Shown here one piece after another: positions 59,501-64,000 of a stretch of 64,000 bases of DNA (the first letter of the stretch is position 1; every line of letters starts with the position of its first letter). The position numbers were made by a program, and so were the translations under genes. The stretch comes from Leptogorgia sarmentosa. Its lineage: Eukaryota. The DNA is taken from contig OZ210884.1 of the NCBI GenBank assembly GCA_964658305.1, positions 7,378,001 to 7,442,000 of the forward strand, read 5' to 3'. The notes below the pieces were generated by a model. That model had not been told where the DNA came from. It saw nothing but the letters and a program-made list of their open reading frames with translations, and did not search any database.

Positions 59501-62500
59501 CCTCTTCGTCAGTTGTTTCTGCCTTTATTTTATATTTTCGACGAGGCTTCCGACGTGGTTTCCTGGAAAATAAATACAATACATTTAGTGCACTGTATTA
59601 ACAGACTATTTCACCATTCGACTAAATTCTACGCACGATGGACAGAATCTACTACCACAGCTAGAAAGTGGTGCAAACTTCTCCATGCAATATACGAAAA
59701 TGTCCAAAATTTGCATGGCTATTTTTTTTCCGAAATTTAAAGCATTTCGCGACAGAATATTGCAAGTTACTCATTCAAGGACGTCCTTTCTAGCTGCATG
59801 TGTTGACATATTCGCTTTTCTTACCAATCATGGACTGATTAGATTGGGACAAACATTTAAAATTATTTCAATAATCTTTTAGTCCTTCAACCTCGCCCCA
59901 CCATTCAATGTTGGGTGGAAACTTTTTCTCAGAAAATATTTATCAGTTAAACAACGTTGAATGGACGGGGCATGGGGGAATTTACACTGCGATTCGCAGT
60001 TGACAGGACATATTTGAGAAACTTGGTTTTGAGTAGTGTTGTCCCAATATAATTTTAGACAGGACATATTTGAGAAACTTTGTTTTGAGTAGTGTTGTCC
60101 CAATATAATTTTAGATTAAAGTTTAATGTGTAGTTGGAACTTTCCATTCAGTAACAGTCATTGTTAGTGCTGCTGGCAAATGCAAAGATTACACACTCTC
60201 AATGTGAAGGGGATGCTGCTGTCCACATGTAATGAAGTCTCTAACCTGACAATTGGTTGCATAGCTTCAGGGTCAAGCACGGCACCAATTTCTTGTTGAG
60301 CTCTTCCCCAGGCTTTCTTCTCAGTGAAACTTGGTCTTTTGTTTCCAGATTTCCGTTGCGATTCACCCAATCTCTTCTCGCGTTGCCTTTGTTTGTTACG
60401 CCATCTTTCTATATCAGCCTTTAAGGTTGGAAAAATATCACGATACAGAACATGAGGCTGTCTTGTCCATCCCATTGTTGGGACCAACATCTTACTATTA
60501 TGACGAGTATGTGAGTGACAATCAGTTGAAACTGGTTATGGGATTGATATACCAAGAGGGTCATGAATGGGGTAAAATGGGAACTGGGATATTCTTATTT
60601 TCGGCTGGGAAAATCGGATTTCATTCATTGGGATTGGGATCATCAGCAAAGAAACAACAGAAAATGGGAATGAACATTTGAGCAGGACCGTCATTAAGAC
60701 GATGGGATTTGTGCTCTTAGACACTGGGATCTAGACAAAATTTGGGCTGAGAAAGGGGAATAAAGACCCGCCCCAGGACTGTTTGTATTGCTTTAAGTAT
60801 TACGAATAATGATTTAAACTAGACGGAAAACCAACGGAAAGAAATAGCACGAGTCTTAGACTCTTACCTTTGTTTTCATCTCTTTTTGTACAGAACCCTC
60901 CTGCAAAAAATAAATACTCAGTTATTCTTAACTGTAACATTAAGCAACTGAACAGGTTATCCTGTTTACGTCCTTAAACAAAAGTATGGAAGCAGGAAAG
61001 CTTCTCCGTTACCCGACGTTTTTATCATTTTATACTCATGTAGCTGTACAACATATAAGTCTAGGTTCACAGACGGGAAGCGTCAATCATGTTGTTGTTA
61101 ATTACACGCAATATTCCAGAAAATGTTGGAAAACGGCGGAATTACCATGTTAGTGGTTACAGGTTTTAAAGCAGGGGTTCTGAAACAAAATCGCGCCAAG
61201 GCATAATGGCATATACAGGGACATTTCTCAAATTTTGTTCCTCAAAATGGTAACATAATTGTATTCTTGCGTACAAAGTTATCCATTTTATCATCAAATA
61301 CCCAAAAAGATCTGAATGTGCTAAAGTTTGGCCTTGCATACACATAAAGTGAAAAGAATGCGCAATACCTCTTCCACGACTCTACCAACGAGCGATGTCT
61401 GGTTCAGATCAATTGGTGGCAAACTTGGTTCTGGATGCACAGTTTTACGGAATATAACAGGAGGTTTTGTTTCATGAGATCGAGGATCACTCATCACTGC
61501 TACTGGAGGTAAAGTTGCAGCGGAATGCTAAATTGTAAAAGTTACATAATAATGAATAAAATTGAATGCAAACGAAAATGTATAGCTAGCGCGGTTGTTC
61601 GTAGCAGATTTAAATACAGTCTAATAGAAACATTAAACTGAAACACTAAATTATAGTTGCACGTGTTTATTAAACAACTGGTTTAAGGATGTTAGACATG
61701 GTATAAACGCAAACATTTTGTTGCTCCCAAGACGAGCGGGGCGGGAATATAATCTCAAATATAATGCGTCAAATACAATCTCAAATACAATATATTTTTG
61801 TCAAGGAGTAGGACTGTATTTAGACTTTTGAGCAGTAACTGTATATCAATTATTTCATCAAATCCATGTTATTAAAATGCACATGATAAAAAATCCATAT
61901 TATAGTGCAGATAAAAATATTCACCTGATTGGTATTTTCAGTGAACACACTGTCTCTTTCGGAAATCTCGCTCTCTTCCCCCTCGTCCGAAGGAAGATAT
62001 TCTACCGTAGACGGGGGAGGCACAGCTCTCCTTGGTACCTCCAATTGCCTCCGTCTTCCCATCATGACATTAGTTTCTGGACGTTCGCTTACAGGACCAC
62101 TGACGTCACTTCCTTCACCAGTCTCTTCTTCGAATGCGGGATTTGTTCTGAAAAATAACGTCAGGCGTCATGCGCAAAGTTTTACGCAGGGATTGTTGAA
62201 TGCTTTAAAAATTGGTATAGGTAATGAGAACCATATTAGTGCCCTACAATTGTCATGTAACAATAGTCCATGAGGGAGCTGAGAATTTTTAGTATTGATG
62301 TTTAGATGGGTTCTTAAGGAGGGGGAATTGTTATATGTGATATAATTGGGCTCGCATTTCCACACATTTCTCGTTCTCTCAAACTTGCACTTGTGTTTAC
62401 ATAACTCGATGTGTTAACATAGGAAAATGTTTTCTATTACTTTTAAAAAATAACACGATGACTAAAGCGGAATAAGCGGAATTGTAACTGCAACATGCGG

Positions 62501-63866
62501 GGGAATTGGGCAGCCAATATAACGCTCGCATTTACCAAACTGATTCGGAAGCTGCTACACATTTTATGGAGATTTATCTCTCCGTTTTTAAGAGCCTTTA
62601 ATTTGATCAAGGGTACCGAGATGATATTCTTTTCTTTATTCAAGTTTTCTGATTCAGTAATGCAAAGTTGCCACACGACTCACATACCTCGTACTAATGC
62701 TTTCTCTACTGGGAACTTTTCTTCTCAGAGAACCTTCTTTGACAAGATTTTTTCGTGGCGGTGGTCGTGGTCGTGCTTCGCTGGGTCCATTTTCCTCCAC
62801 AGCAACCGTCGGCCGTGATGGAGGCGGGCGACGGAGAGCTGGTCTGGCTTCTGGTTCAGCGGCGTGGGTCATCTACAGATAATTGAATATGAGGATTAAA
62901 TACGGAAAGTGTTAGCTTTGGGAAGAAGTATTTGAACAAGTTAGGTCCGGGAAGAAGATATTTGAACAAGTTAGGTCTGGGAAGAAGATATTTGAACAAG
63001 TTAGACTCCAGACGCAAAAAAATGATTGATTCTGTCGTAAAGTAATTTTCTAACTATTCTTTTCAAATGAGTGGAAAATACGTTAGTAAACGGATAACAA
63101 AAGAATAAGATTTTAGTCGTATACAGTGGTATATTGAAAATCTTGATTTTGATTGATCAACGAATGCATAGGCTTGCTGCTTGATATTCTAGACTTAAGC
63201 CCGTTTTCCACTCCAAATATTTTACCGCCAGATTTATGCAGCCAGTGGCATCGCCAGACTCGATAAATGTGGGACCGTAAAAACAATCGATTTCCAAAGA
63301 AGATAATTGTGCAAAACACGAATATATTAATTATTGGAGACGTTGGTTTACACTGTTGTGGTGTCCCTGCCATTTTTGTCCATGTTTATTGTGTAGATGT
63401 CTATTTGCTGTTCTGTTAGGTGTTTTTGACAAAGTTTAATAAATAAATAAATAAATAAATAAATAAATACTTAGTGTAGCTAGTTTAAGTAATAACGTAC
63501 CCTTGGTTTCTGCACCTCAGTCGGAGAGTCTGTTTGTGGTTGTATTTTTTTGAGTGTTCCTTTCTTCCAACGACAGTATAGTATAATAACAAGAATCAAG
63601 AGTAGAAATCCAACGGATCCAGCTACGATAACAGGGATAAACCAGGAAGGATAGTCATCATCGCTACCAGAAGTGCCCGAATTAGTAGGAGTCTGCGGTC
63701 GTGGTGTTGAGTTGACTTGATACGGTGTGGTGATGCTGGACATCTCATTCACTGTAAGTCTTTTCAAGACTGAGCATGCGTAAGTGGCGTTGAGAATTGA
63801 GCCCGCGTCTGTGATGTAATAGGTGACGTCAGCAGAGGAACCTTGGGTCCAGCTGGTGCCAGTTAC
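56585..63866 (-). CDS. KIAA1549-like: KIAA1549-like (UPF0606) single-pass membrane protein, last 10 exons (5'-partial)
   Basis: complement join(63501-63866 with TM FIPVIVAGSVGFLLLILVIILY, 62688-62872, 61925-62147, 61369-61527, 60868-60900, 60246-60418, 59448-59562, 58265-58698, 57718-57820, 56585-56821); phases are consistent. Motifs DIERWRNKQRQREKR, AQQEIGAVLDP, EARRRMIALIDDAF and C-terminal PLVRAIKDELFRLA resemble KIAA1549/KIAA1549L conserved blocks as I recall them. Confidence 0.8.
57522..57680. mobile_element. hAT-like MITE
   Basis: TIRs CAGTGGCGTAGCCAGA / TCTGGCTACGCCACTG; 8-bp TSD AGTCTGAA / AATCTGAA (one mismatch). Confidence 0.85.
59034..59207. mobile_element. hAT-like MITE, young near-perfect palindrome
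   Basis: Inverted arms of about 75 bp starting CAGGGCCGTCGCTAG, with a perfect 8-bp TSD CCTGCCCT. Confidence 0.9.
60002..60113. repeat. 56-bp tandem duplication (intronic)
   Basis: GACAGGACATATTTGAGAAACTT(G/T)GTTTTGAGTAGTGTTGTCCCAATATAATTTTA x2. Confidence 0.9.
62919..63004. repeat. About 30-bp tandem repeat, 3 copies
   Basis: GGGAAGAAG(A)TATTTGAACAAGTTAG(GTC) x3. Confidence 0.9.
63440..63469. repeat. (TAAA)n microsatellite
   Basis: About 7 tandem TAAA units. Confidence 0.85.
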
Positions 63867-64000
63867 CTGTAAAATATACACACATTTCACATTTTGTTTA
63901 AAGGACCGTTCATTTCACCTGCAATTTCCCTCTAGTTTTCTCCTTCTGATAGATGTGAACGAGTGAGTTAATGACAAATGGTATGAGTGGATGTTCCTTA

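Overview
AT-rich, intron-containing animal genomic DNA. The gene and repeat content suggests an invertebrate, probably an anthozoan cnidarian, but that is inference only. (1) 0.3-33 kb: three tandem + strand paralogs of an Ig-domain FGFR/VEGFR-like receptor tyrosine kinase. Copy 1 lacks its 5' end in this window and has a 2-nt frameshift between HRD and DFG. Copy 2 is intact (17 coding exons, about 1072 aa, 6 Ig exons after an Ig1-Ig2 duplication). Copy 3 has a signal peptide and 4 Ig exons but no TM or kinase exons, so it is predicted to be secreted. (2) 34-38 kb: an intronless clan-2 cytochrome P450, plus nested/inverted MITE copies, one carrying an expanded (CATAG)n. (3) 39-55.4 kb: three genes sharing a related TPR-like helical domain with different N-termini (Schlafen/AlbA_2 nuclease-like domain; hydrophobic segment plus RHIM-like motif; acidic disordered region), with an intronless class A GPCR among them. 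This is a candidate modular innate-immune sensor/effector cluster and the most interesting signal in the window. (4) 56-64 kb: a 41-bp minisatellite and the last 10 exons of a KIAA1549-like single-pass membrane protein on the - strand. Many short non-autonomous DNA transposons are present. Exon boundaries were read by eye from GT/AG sites and frame continuity; no database searches were run.
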